Shown here: positions 36,800 through 47,581 of the stretch, in pieces | Numbering within the stretch: position 1 is the first letter of the stretch | Layout: every line of letters begins with the position of its first letter | Assembly (NCBI GenBank): GCA_030690945.1 | Contig: JAUYFM010000068.1 | Span: 70,751 to 134,750 of the forward strand | DNA: 64,000 bases | Reading direction: 5' to 3' | DNA from: Smithellaceae bacterium | Lineage (GTDB): Bacteria; Desulfobacterota; Syntrophia; Syntrophales; Smithellaceae | The notes under the pieces: model-generated | Databases searched by the model: none | Seen by the model: the letters and a program-made list of their open reading frames with translations, nothing else | Told to the model about the DNA's origin: nothing | Made by a program: the position numbers and the translations under genes

Positions 36800-38584
36800 A
36801 TGACGGCTGACCAAGGAAGAAAAACATTTGTTCTTAAAGGGATTGGCGTTTCTCCGGGTATCGTGATCGGGAAAGCTTACCGCTTTGATCCGCTGGATGC
36901 GCAGATATCTTTTTATAAACTCAATAATGACGATTTGATCCCGCATGAAGTCGAGCGCTTTAAGAAAGCCCTGAAAGAATCAACTCGACAACTTTTGGAA
37001 ATTCAGGAAAACCTCAAAAAAACAAAAGTAACCGAACCGCTTTATATCCTCGATGTTCACATTTTGCTCTTATCGGATAAGAAATTCATCAATCGCACCA
37101 TCAAATACATTCGCCGTTTGAGTGTCAATGCCGAATGGGCATTGCGCATGACACTGGATCATTACAAACAGATATTTGAGGGTTTGGAAGATGTTTATAT
37201 CAGCGGCCGCATCAGCGATGTGCAGTATGTTGTCCAGAGGATCCTGCGCAATCTGTCCGGTGAAAAACATGAAATTGTCTGGGAAGTTGGTCATGAAGGT
37301 GTGGTGATCGTTTCACACGATCTGTCGCCGGCCGATACGGCGCAGATGAAATTGGACAAAATCGTCGGTTTTGCCACCGACAGCGGCGGTCGAACGTCGC
37401 ATACCGCCATTGTAGCCCGATCGATGGAATTGCCCGCTGTCGTCGGTTTGGATAATGTCACTCGTTTTGTTCGGACCGGTGATGAAATCATCTTGGACGG
37501 TACGTCGGGACTCGTAGTGGTCAATCCCTATCCCGACATGCTCCAAAGATACGAAGAAAAGAAGCGTCATTATGACGACGCCAAAGACGAATATCTTAAA
37601 TATGCCAAGCTGCCCGCCGTGACGTTGGATCATTACCATGTGCAAATAGGTTCCAACATCGAGTTTATTGAAGAGATTCCTTCAGCGATTGTTCACGGGG
37701 CGGAGTACATCGGACTTTACCGGACGGAATTTCTTTATATTTACCGGGATGATTTACCGACGGAGGAAGACCATTTCAATAATTATCGTCAGGTGGTGAC
37801 CGAGAAAAATTTGTTGTGGGCAACTATCCGCACATTTGATTTAGGCGGTGACAAATTTCCCAGCTACCAGAAACAGGCTAAAGAATTAAACCCGCAAATG
37901 GGATTGCGGGCGATTCGTTTCTGCCTGAAAGAGCTTGAGATTTTTAAGGCACAGCTCAGAGCTATCTGGCGTGTGAGCGCCCTGGGCAAGGTTAAAATTC
38001 TTTTTCCGATGATTTCCTGTATCGAAGAAATCCGTGAAGCCAAGCGGTTACTGGAAGAGACCCGTCAGGAGCTTTTGGCCCAGGGGGTGCCGATCGCCGA
38101 CCGGATGGAAATTGGGGCAATGATCGAAGTGCCTGCGGCTGCCGTCATTGCCGATCAGCTGGCACAGGAAGTCGATTATTTCAGCATTGGCACCAATGAT
38201 TTAATTCAGTACTCTCTGGCGATTGACCGCTCCAATGAAAGGGTAACGTATCTTTACGAACCACTGCATCCCGCTGTTTTGAGATTGATCAAGGGGATTG
38301 TGGACGAGGCCCATGCGGCAAAGATTCGCGTGGCCATGTGCGGTGAAATGGCCGGAGACCCGCTTTTCTGTCTGATCCTTTTAGGAATGCAATTGGATGA
38401 ATTAAGCATGAATCACCTGGCGATTCCCCGCATTAAAAGAATTATACAACAGTCAACGCTTTCAGAATCCCATGAATTGTTGAAGCAGGCGATGTCTTAT
38501 AATAATGCTGTGGACGTGCGGGCTTATGTTCAGGATTATATGAGCGATCATTTTCCGGATGAATTTCAGAAGAAAGAAACATAG
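36800..38584 (+). CDS. ptsI: Phosphoenolpyruvate-protein phosphotransferase (Enzyme I)
   Basis: Phospho-His region GGRTSHTAIVARS and a PEP-utilising C-terminal TIM barrel (SIGTNDLIQY, CGEMAGDP). Confidence 0.92.
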   Translation: MTADQGRKTFVLKGIGVSPGIVIGKAYRFDPLDAQISFYKLNNDDLIPHEVERFKKALKESTRQLLEIQENLKKTKVTEPLYILDVHILLLSDKKFINRTIKYIRRLSVNAEWALRMTLDHYKQIFEGLEDVYISGRISDVQYVVQRILRNLSGEKHEIVWEVGHEGVVIVSHDLSPADTAQMKLDKIVGFATDSGGRTSHTAIVARSMELPAVVGLDNVTRFVRTGDEIILDGTSGLVVVNPYPDMLQRYEEKKRHYDDAKDEYLKYAKLPAVTLDHYHVQIGSNIEFIEEIPSAIVHGAEYIGLYRTEFLYIYRDDLPTEEDHFNNYRQVVTEKNLLWATIRTFDLGGDKFPSYQKQAKELNPQMGLRAIRFCLKELEIFKAQLRAIWRVSALGKVKILFPMISCIEEIREAKRLLEETRQELLAQGVPIADRMEIGAMIEVPAAAVIADQLAQEVDYFSIGTNDLIQYSLAIDRSNERVTYLYEPLHPAVLRLIKGIVDEAHAAKIRVAMCGEMAGDPLFCLILLGMQLDELSMNHLAIPRIKRIIQQSTLSESHELLKQAMSYNNAVDVRAYVQDYMSDHFPDEFQKKET

Positions 38585-38634
38585 TTTTCAGACGCTTATT
38601 TGCCGATAACTCTGCAGAAGAAACCGGATTATTT

Positions 38635-41259
38635 ATGAGTGAAAAAGTACCAAAAGTTGCCGATTGTCAGGAAGATGAATACTATGCCGGATGTCTTTAT
38701 GAAAAGGAGGATATCTGGCGTTTTCGTCCCGCAAAAGCTTATCTTTCGCGTGTTTCCATCGCCGATGAAGAAGTTAATGCTCTCAAAAAGCTTGCCGGTG
38801 AAGGCGTTATCGTTTACGCCATCAAACAGAGAAGTAAACTCAACAGCCTGATCATTGCCGAACTTGCAGGCCGTAAGGGTCTGGCCAGACCGGTGTATTG
38901 TCACGGGATGAACATGTCCTTCTGGCAGCCCCTGTCCAAGATGCTGAAATTTTTCTGGTCGTCCTTTTTGCGCCGTTTTCGCAGAGATCAGGTCACCCGT
39001 CAAGGCAAGCTGGATTTTCTGACAAGAAAAGTCGCGGGGAAAGAAAGTATTGTCATCCATCTGGGTGAGTCGGAGTTTATTGAAAGCCGTTCCGCTCAGG
39101 ATGCGCTTGCCAGCCTGACCAACCTTCAAAGCAAAATATCCTTTCCCATCTTTATCGTACCGGTTCTAGTGGCTTATGGTCGCCGCCGGGAAAAGGAAGA
39201 CGAAAGCCTGTTTAATATCCTTTTCGGGCAGATGGAACATACCGGCACGCTTCGCCGGTTGATTACTTTTATCCGCTATTCGAGACAGGCCTTTGTGATT
39301 CCTACAGAGCCGGTCAACCTGGCTGATTATTTAGCTAACGGCAGGAAAAATCTGCCCAAAGACGAACTCATTCAAGAATTGCGCGGAGAAATGATCGACC
39401 GGATAGGAGAAGAGAAAACAGCCGTTGTCGGACCTGCGTTGAAATCGCGCGCGGAGCTCATCGGCATGGTGATGCAGGATACGAATCTGAACCGGTTTAT
39501 AGATGATTATGCGCAAAAAACAAAGAAAGACAGGGCCGGTGTTGTAAAAGACGCCCGCCGTTATCTTTACGAAATTGCATCTGATTACCAGGAAACATTT
39601 GTTGAAATATGGTTGAAGGTTCTCACCTGGCTTTGGAATACGGTCTATGACGGACTGTCCGTTGATTCCGAAGGGCTTGCCAAAATTCGCAATTTGTCGA
39701 AGAAAATGCCTTTTGTCATCATTTCCTGCCACCGCAGTCATATTGATTATCTGCTGCTTTCCTATGTCTTTTATAAAAACAATATTCAACTGCCGTTCAT
39801 CGCGGCAGGAAACAACCTTTCTTTTTTCCCCCTGGGGTACATTTTTCGCCGCTCCGGCGCATTTTTCCTGCGGCGCAGTTTCCGGGGTAACGAACTTTAC
39901 GGAGAAGTCTTTGCCAAATATATTGCTACGCTTCTGCACGAGGGTCTTCCACTGGAATTCTTCATCGAAGGCGGCAGAAGCCGGACGGGAAAAATGGTCA
40001 TGCCCAAATACGGTCTGTTGTCGATGATTATTCAGGCCTATCAGGATATGTATTGCGAGAATCTGGCCTGTGTGCCCGTCTATATTGGTTACGACCGTGT
40101 CATCGAAGAAAGATCCTATCTCAATGAATTGTCCGGCGCGCCCAAGGTTCAGGAAAATACCGTTGAAATAATCAAAACCACCAAAATCCTGCGCAAACGA
40201 TACGGCCGCGTTTATATTAACATCGGCGAGCCGATCATCATGAAAGACTATTTGGCGGCGCAGGATAAGGCTATGGACGAGATGACACTGGATGAACGTC
40301 AGAGCCTTTATCGGAAAATCGGTTATGAAATTGTTTTGGAGATCAATAAGGTTTCGGTGGTTACGCCGTTTTCGCTGGTGGCTGCCGGTCTGTTGAGTCA
40401 TGACCGGCGAGGAATATCTCATGATGAACTGAGCGGTATTTTAAAAGAGTTTTATGAATACTTATCCACCCGACGGGTTAAATTCGCCGCAACGTTTGCG
40501 CATCGGGAAAGAGCGATTGCCGATGCATTGAACATTTTTGCTACGACGGATATTATTTCCACGGTTGCAGCCGAAGAAGAAGAAGAGGAACTGCAGGAGG
40601 TCGTTTATTCTCTGGCCGATGCAAAAAGATTGAATCTGGAATACTACAAAAACAATATTCTGCATTTCTTTATGTCCATTTGTTTCGTGGCCACGTCCAT
40701 GGTGAAAACTCCTGAAGATACCATGTCACTGGCGAAGATCATGGGGGACTACAAGTTTCTGAAGTGGCTTTTATGGAATGAGTTTATTTTTGATGAGACC
40801 CGGGATGATGTGGAAGAAGTGGATGATGTCCTGGCTTATTTGCACGCGAGATCCATGATCGTCACCACCGAGCGTCAGGGCAAAGTCTGGATCGAGGTTA
40901 AAAGTAAAGGCGACGCGAAATTAAAACCTTTTGCCGGACTCATTCACAACTATCTGGAGTCCTGCTGGATTATGATTCGCGGATTGGTTTATCTCAAGAA
41001 AAAACCCCTGACGCAAAAAGAGTGGCTGGCCAAGATCCGGCCTTTGGGAGACCGCATGTTTCGCAAGGGAGAAATATTGCGCGCCGAAGCCCTGTCCCAG
41101 GCCAACTATCAGAATGCCATCAAATTTCTGGAAGACGCCGAAGTAATTATTTCCCAGGCCGGAGAAGAAAAAGGCGGCAAAAGAGAATTCACTTACAGCT
41201 TGACGGACAATCGGGCGCAATTGGAAGTGCTAAGGCGCCGCCTGTTCAAGTTCCTCTAA
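38635..41259 (+). CDS. plsB: Glycerol-3-phosphate acyltransferase (PlsB-like)
   Basis: 874 aa. Acyltransferase HxxxxD block (SCHRSHIDYLLL), then FFIEGGRSRTGK. Confidence 0.8.
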   Translation: MSEKVPKVADCQEDEYYAGCLYEKEDIWRFRPAKAYLSRVSIADEEVNALKKLAGEGVIVYAIKQRSKLNSLIIAELAGRKGLARPVYCHGMNMSFWQPLSKMLKFFWSSFLRRFRRDQVTRQGKLDFLTRKVAGKESIVIHLGESEFIESRSAQDALASLTNLQSKISFPIFIVPVLVAYGRRREKEDESLFNILFGQMEHTGTLRRLITFIRYSRQAFVIPTEPVNLADYLANGRKNLPKDELIQELRGEMIDRIGEEKTAVVGPALKSRAELIGMVMQDTNLNRFIDDYAQKTKKDRAGVVKDARRYLYEIASDYQETFVEIWLKVLTWLWNTVYDGLSVDSEGLAKIRNLSKKMPFVIISCHRSHIDYLLLSYVFYKNNIQLPFIAAGNNLSFFPLGYIFRRSGAFFLRRSFRGNELYGEVFAKYIATLLHEGLPLEFFIEGGRSRTGKMVMPKYGLLSMIIQAYQDMYCENLACVPVYIGYDRVIEERSYLNELSGAPKVQENTVEIIKTTKILRKRYGRVYINIGEPIIMKDYLAAQDKAMDEMTLDERQSLYRKIGYEIVLEINKVSVVTPFSLVAAGLLSHDRRGISHDELSGILKEFYEYLSTRRVKFAATFAHRERAIADALNIFATTDIISTVAAEEEEEELQEVVYSLADAKRLNLEYYKNNILHFFMSICFVATSMVKTPEDTMSLAKIMGDYKFLKWLLWNEFIFDETRDDVEEVDDVLAYLHARSMIVTTERQGKVWIEVKSKGDAKLKPFAGLIHNYLESCWIMIRGLVYLKKKPLTQKEWLAKIRPLGDRMFRKGEILRAEALSQANYQNAIKFLEDAEVIISQAGEEKGGKREFTYSLTDNRAQLEVLRRRLFKFL

Positions 41260-41266
41260 TTCCCCC

Positions 41267-41307
41267 AAAAAGGCCATGTCCTCATTGCAGGAACATGGCC
41301 TTTTTTA
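41267..41307. terminator. Bidirectional rho-independent terminator
   Basis: aaaaaggccatgt ... acatggccttttttat between convergent plsB and eno. Confidence 0.65.
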
Positions 41308-41324
41308 TAAGTTTTTATCCTTGA

Positions 41325-42707
<1,383 letters not shown>

Positions 42708-42786
42708 TTAATCAAACGAGCTTGATAACTTTTAGCAAGTCATATAGAAAGAAACTCGTTTTTCAGCTAAAAGGAGCCGCCAGAAT

Positions 42787-43554
42787 TTGCAGACGGGTAT
42801 TGTAAAGAAAGATAAAAGTACCAAATTATTTCTCCATTTGAAAAAATGGCTGGAAAAAGCCGTGCTGGATTATGCCATGATTGAAGAAGGAGACCATGTA
42901 CTAATCGGTGTCTCCGGTGGCGCGGACAGTTACGCGCTCCTGGATTTGCTCGACTCAAAGATGATTTTTGTTCCGCAGTTTTCCTTTATTGCCGTCAATA
43001 TCGACATGGGTTTTGATAAGGATTTTATTGCCTATCGGGAGCTGCAAAAATACTTTCAGAATCATCAATACCCGTATGTGATGGAAAAGACCGACATCGG
43101 AGTGCTTTCGCATTCGGATTTTAACAAGAAAAACCCCTGCTTTTTGTGTTCGCGTCTGCGAAGGAAAAGAATTTTTGAAATTGCGGATGAAAAAGGCTGC
43201 AACAAGATTGCTTTTGCCCACCATCGTGACGATATTATCGAAACGCTGCTGATCAATATGTTTTACGGGCGCGAAATCAGCACGATGATGCCGAATCAGA
43301 GCATATTCGGCGGCAAACTGCATATTATCCGTCCGCTGGCCTATTTGCAGGAAGAACTGGTCAAAAAATACAGTCGCGAGCGGCAATTTCCAACGGTTAA
43401 AAACGAATGCCCGACCAGTGAAAATTCAAAAAGGATTTATGTAAAAAAGCTTTTAAACGATCTGGAGCGCGACAATCCGGATATCCGGCATAATATTTTC
43501 AAGGCCATGAGCCACGTTAAACCGGATTATTTGCCTGGCTTACCGAAAAAATAA
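42787..43554 (+). CDS. ttcA: PP-loop ATPase, tRNA 2-thiocytidine synthase TtcA-like
   Basis: PP-loop GVSGGADS and CFLCSRLRR Cys motif. TTG start, as in the ORF track. Confidence 0.72.
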   Translation: MQTGIVKKDKSTKLFLHLKKWLEKAVLDYAMIEEGDHVLIGVSGGADSYALLDLLDSKMIFVPQFSFIAVNIDMGFDKDFIAYRELQKYFQNHQYPYVMEKTDIGVLSHSDFNKKNPCFLCSRLRRKRIFEIADEKGCNKIAFAHHRDDIIETLLINMFYGREISTMMPNQSIFGGKLHIIRPLAYLQEELVKKYSRERQFPTVKNECPTSENSKRIYVKKLLNDLERDNPDIRHNIFKAMSHVKPDYLPGLPKK

Positions 43555-43589
43555 ATGGCTTTAATAGCGTATTAAGGTAAAATTGAATC

Positions 43590-44066
43590 ATGGCAAAAGA
43601 AAATACAGCACAAAGACTGATCGCGTCCAACAAAACGGCGCGCCTCAATTATGATATCGGAGATACCTATGAAGCTGGCATGGTCTTGTCGGGAACAGAG
43701 GTTAAGGCACTGCGCGCGGGCAAAGCCAACCTGAAAGACAGTTATGCTGTTGTGAAAGACGACGAGGTTTACCTGCGCGAGATGCACATCAGTCACTACG
43801 ATCACGGCAACCGATCCAATCACGAACCGCTGAGACCGCGCAAGCTTCTCCTGCATAAACGGGAGATTAAAAAGCTCTATGGCAAATCGCGGGAAAAGGG
43901 ATTGGCGCTGGTTCCGCTCAAACTCTATTTTAAAGACGGCAGGGTCAAAGTGGAAATCGGTATCGGCAAGGGTAAGAAGTTGTATGACCGCCGCGAGGAT
44001 ATCAAGGTGCGTGAAGAACGCCGCACGTTGGCCCGGGATTTTAAATCCAAACAGATCAAAATTTAA
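43590..44066 (+). CDS. smpB: SsrA-binding protein
   Basis: [10 protein letters not shown]..., [16 protein letters not shown]. Confidence 0.95.
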   Translation: MAKENTAQRLIASNKTARLNYDIGDTYEAGMVLSGTEVKALRAGKANLKDSYAVVKDDEVYLREMHISHYDHGNRSNHEPLRPRKLLLHKREIKKLYGKSREKGLALVPLKLYFKDGRVKVEIGIGKGKKLYDRREDIKVREERRTLARDFKSKQIKI

Positions 44067-44213
44067 CAACCCAATATGGAAGTCGGTGTCCGTGTTTGAG
44101 GCTGAAGATGACGGGGAGCTCAAGATAGAAGCAGGGGAGAGAAGGCAAATGCGGCTGGTGGAAGAGAAAAAGCATGAAGAAGGCGAATATTACTGACGCG
44201 ATTACTCTTTCCT

Positions 44214-44242
44214 TTGACAAAAGCGTAATAGCTGCCTATATT
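44214..44242 (+). promoter_or_regulatory. Candidate sigma70 promoter of ssrA
   Basis: TTGACA (44214-44219), 17-nt spacer, TATATT (44237-44242), about 25 nt before the mature tmRNA 5' end. Confidence 0.55.
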
Positions 44243-44267
44243 AGAAACAATTAAAAATTAGGGATAG

Positions 44268-44619
44268 GGGGGCGTAACGGTTTCGACGGGGACATTTGAA
44301 GTTGTAGAAGCGTGCCGAGGTTCCTACAGGCCTCGTTAAACAGGTAGGAAACATATAATCGCAGAAAACTACGATTACGCTTTAGCAGCTTAAGCTGCTA
44401 ACGTCGAACTTGGTTCTCCTGTTGGCTGAGCAAGACGTCATTTAGACAGGATACCCAAACTTCTTGCCTGGGGGAGGGCGGCGACAATTTACAGGATAGC
44501 GCGGTGCGATCCGGCCTTAGGGAGCAAACCAGCGTGAAGGTTCTAAAACGAAGGCTACGCACGTAGAAGCTCCAGCGGAAGGTTTTCGGACGCGGGTTCA
44601 ATTCCCGCCGCCTCCACCA
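44268..44619 (+). ncRNA. ssrA: tmRNA (SsrA), tag peptide AENYDYALAA
   Basis: 5' GGGGGCG pairs with 3' CGCCTCC-A-CCA and includes the G3:U70 pair. TTCGACGGGG 5' box. Tag ORF gca gaa aac tac gat tac gct tta gca gct taa (44361-44393). T-arm GGGTTCAATTCCC. Confidence 0.92.
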
Positions 44620-44620
44620 A

Positions 44621-44657
44621 AAATGCTAAGTAATTTCGGTTACTTAGCATTTTTTTT
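44621..44657 (+). terminator. Rho-independent terminator after ssrA
   Basis: aatgctaagtaa-tttcgg-ttacttagcatt followed by a T run. Confidence 0.7.
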
Positions 44658-44846
44658 GCCCTTCAAAAAGCGGTATCAATCCGGTATCAATTTTACTAAT
44701 GGGTCACTGGTGTCCCAACGTTGGTTTCTGAGAGCAGTCTAACTTCTTAAAACGTGGTCGTAATTAACGTAAAATGCCATTTATCGATTTGAAATTTATT
44801 TCCCGGATGTGCCAAACTTCCTCATCAATGAACGAGGAGGCAGCAC

Positions 44847-45470
44847 ATGAATTCCGGGGGAACGATATTTGCCCAGTTGATGGACTTTGTCCCCGCGTAC
44901 GAGTTCCGAAAATGCGTCGAGCGATACAAAGGCAATCACAAAGTTATCAGCTTCTCCTGCTGGGACCAATTCCTCTGCATGGCATTCGCCCAGCTTACCT
45001 TTCGCGAAAGCCTGAGAGATATCCAGGTCTGCCTTCGGGCAACCCAGTCCAGGCTTTATCACCTGGGCATCAGGGGAAAGGTCTCCCGCAATACCCTTGC
45101 CCATGCGAATCAGACGAGGGACTGGCGGATTTATGCCGACTTTGCTCAAATCCTCATCACAAAAGCCAGAAAACTTTATGCCGCCGATTCGTTCGGTATC
45201 GAACTGGATCAAGCGGTTTACGCCTTGGATTCTACAACCATCGACCTCTGTCTGGCTCTTTTCCCTTGGGCCAAGTTCCGGAAACGCAAGGGTGCAATCA
45301 AGCTCCATACCCTTCTGGATCTGCATGGGAACATTCCTTCCATGGTGATCATCACCACAGGAAAAGTCCACGATGTCAATATCCTCGACCAACTGATCAT
45401 CGAGGTGGGGGCTATCTATATCATGGATCGCGGCTATCTCGATTTTGCCTGCCTCTACAAAATCCACCAA
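44847..45470 (+). pseudogene. IS4-family transposase, N-terminal fragment (DUF4372-type N-terminus; C-terminal part of the DDE domain missing)
   Basis: TIFAQLMDFVPAYEFRKCVERYKGNHKVISFSCWDQFLCMAFAQLTFRESLRDI...ALDSTTIDL...IYIMDRGYLDF...YKIHQ, after which the frame degenerates into non-homologous sequence. Confidence 0.7.
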
Positions 45471-45479
45471 ACGTCGGCA

Positions 45480-46444
45480 AGACCAAGCGGGTGGCCGTGG
45501 ATACAACGGCTCAACCCAAGAACATTGCCTATCCGACAGACGCTGATCTCCTGCACCGGATTCGTGAGAAGATCACCAAGCAGGTCAAAAGGGTTCGCGA
45601 GGAGGTCGCCCTTTCGAAACCCTTTCGCACATACAGACGAAGTGGAAAGAAACAACTTCTCAAGATCAAGAAGTTCTACCGGAAAGACCCGGACGGGAGG
45701 AAAAAAGCGATCAAAGAACTCAAGGAGATGACCCACCACGTTATTTTGCAAGCCGCCCGGATCGCAAACAGTCTTTACAGTCGGGGATTGACGGAAGCGG
45801 CGCGGGCACTCAATCGTCTGGTTTCCATCGGAAAGAGAATCGTCAATCAAACAACACGGGTTCTTTCCGGGGAATCCCCCAAGAACCGAATCTATTCCCT
45901 GCATGAACCGGATGTCGCCGTCATCAAGAAAGGGAAAAGTCATCCTGATTGTGAGTTTGGCGCTATTGTTGCCCTTGCGAAGAATGACGACGGGTTGATT
46001 CTCTCCCATTTGGAATATCAACACAACGTTGCCGATGTAAAGACTTTGGGACAGGTGATCGGTGGAATTAAGAAGAACGTTGGACGGTCACCGCGGGAAG
46101 TTACTGGAGATCGAGGTTTTGATCAGTCCCTCAGAAAGCAAGAGAACTGCCGCAGAAGATGGGGTGTTCAGCGATTGGCGATTCCGAAGAAAGGAAAAAC
46201 GCCTCATCCAGACAACGAGCAACATTGGTTCAGGCGTGCGTTGAAACAAAGGGTCAAGATCGAACCGATCATCGGTCATCTCAAGAGTGATCACCGGATG
46301 AATCGATGCCGATACAAGGGAGCCGCCGGGGATACCGTTAATGTTGTGTGGGCCACGTTGGCCTGGAATACGAAAAAAGTGGTCCACATCCAGAGGCGGA
46401 AGGAAGAAAAGCAAGCAGTGAGGGATATGAAACGGGCCGCATAG
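45480..46444 (+). pseudogene. IS5/IS1182-type DDE transposase, C-terminal fragment (N-terminal DNA-binding part missing)
   Basis: RVAVDTTAQPKNIAYPTDADLL...VTGDRGFD...KIEPIIGHLKSDHRMNRCRYKG. In a different frame from the IS4 fragment. Confidence 0.7.
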
Positions 46445-46756
46445 CGGAAAAAGGCGCAGGGAATCCCTTGCAATCCAAATTATTTTCAGTTGTCAAAGAA
46501 CAGAGCAATAAAAGGTTGCAAAAAAAGCTGTTTTTCAGGACGGACTAAATAGGTGATATTTTGCACAAATAAAGGCACGATGAATTCATTGACAGTTTGT
46601 AATATTGACCTAAATTAACGCCACGTTAAGTCGTTTGGTTACAAAATACTATAAAAATACTTGCAATTGAAAAGGATTAATTTTAATTATATTTTAAAGT
46701 TGCAATAGAATAGTCATAACAAATAGCCTCATTCAAATCAGATTTAAGGAGTGTTT

Positions 46757-47581
46757 ATGTGGGAATACACGGATAAGGTCAAAGAGCATTTTCTCAATCC
46801 GCATAATGTGGGTGAAATTGAAAATCCGGATGGTATAGCTGAGGTCGGGTCGCTGGCCTGTGGCGACGCGTTGAAGCTAACATTCAAGCTCGATGAAAAC
46901 AAACGTATCAAAGACGCCAAATTCAAGACATTTGGTTGCGCAAGTGCCATTGCGTCGTCTTCGGCGCTGACCGAAATCATCAAGGGGATGACCGTTGACG
47001 AGGCGCTTAAAGTCAGCAATCAGGATATTGCCCAGTACCTGGGTGGTTTGCCCGATGAAAAAATGCACTGTTCGGTGATGGGCAAACAGGCGCTGGAAAA
47101 AGCGGTAGAAAATTATAGAGGCGCTCCTGCCCTGGAAGAAGGCGCAAAGATTATTTGTGAATGCTTTGGTGTTACGGATAAAGAAATCGAGCGAGCTATT
47201 CGTGAAAATAATCTGTCCACCGTGGAAGATGTGACCAATTATACCAAGGCCGGCGGAGGCTGCGGAGGATGTCATGATGCTATTGCCCAAATCATCGACC
47301 GCGTGAAGGCGGAACCGAAAACGGATTCCAAGCCAAAACTCACCAATATTCAGAAAATCCGGCTGATCGAAGAAACAATCGAGCGGGAAATCCGGCCATC
47401 GCTGAAACAAGACGGTGGTGATATAGAGATTATCGATATTATCGGCAATCGTGTGATTGTAGCGACGCGCGGCGCGTGTGCGACCTGTAAGGCTTCGGAT
47501 ATCACCCTGAAGAATTTTGTGGAATACAGGCTCAAGGAACTTGTTTCGCCGGACATAATCGTTGAGGAGGCAGCCAAATGA
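46757..47581 (+). CDS. nifU: Fe-S cluster assembly scaffold NifU (three-domain form)
   Basis: IscU-like N-domain (GSLACGDA, FKTFGCASAIASS, HCS), central CxxC/CGGC ferredoxin-like domain, C-terminal NifU domain (GACATCKAS). Confidence 0.9.
   Translation: MWEYTDKVKEHFLNPHNVGEIENPDGIAEVGSLACGDALKLTFKLDENKRIKDAKFKTFGCASAIASSSALTEIIKGMTVDEALKVSNQDIAQYLGGLPDEKMHCSVMGKQALEKAVENYRGAPALEEGAKIICECFGVTDKEIERAIRENNLSTVEDVTNYTKAGGGCGGCHDAIAQIIDRVKAEPKTDSKPKLTNIQKIRLIEETIEREIRPSLKQDGGDIEIIDIIGNRVIVATRGACATCKASDITLKNFVEYRLKELVSPDIIVEEAAK

Noticed and set aside
39331-40422. Long antisense ORFs: 363 aa inside plsB, and similar ones at 46877-47611, 49191-49760, 51029-51760, 54615-55247, 62311-62895, 5766-6209 and 43572-44123
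   Set aside because: They lie opposite well-supported genes, have biased low-complexity composition and no recognisable motifs or SD. These are typical shadow ORFs.
43879-44196. 105-aa ORF bridging the smpB 3' end and the ssrA promoter region
   Set aside because: It overlaps smpB in another frame and runs into the ssrA promoter. It has no motif or SD support.
44774-46444. 556-aa ORF that looks like a large intact protein downstream of tmRNA
   Set aside because: Its first ~235 aa are an off-frame read through the IS4-type fragment. That part is rich in Pro/Arg/Ser/Gly/Leu and has no recognisable motif. Only the last ~320 aa (from RVAVDTT...) resemble a DDE transposase. It is treated as two abutting pseudogene fragments.
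44620-46750. Genomic island integrated at ssrA
   Set aside because: There is no integrase gene, no direct repeat of the tmRNA 3' end, and only about 1.6 kb of IS debris before housekeeping nifU. This is IS decay, not an island, at least within this window.
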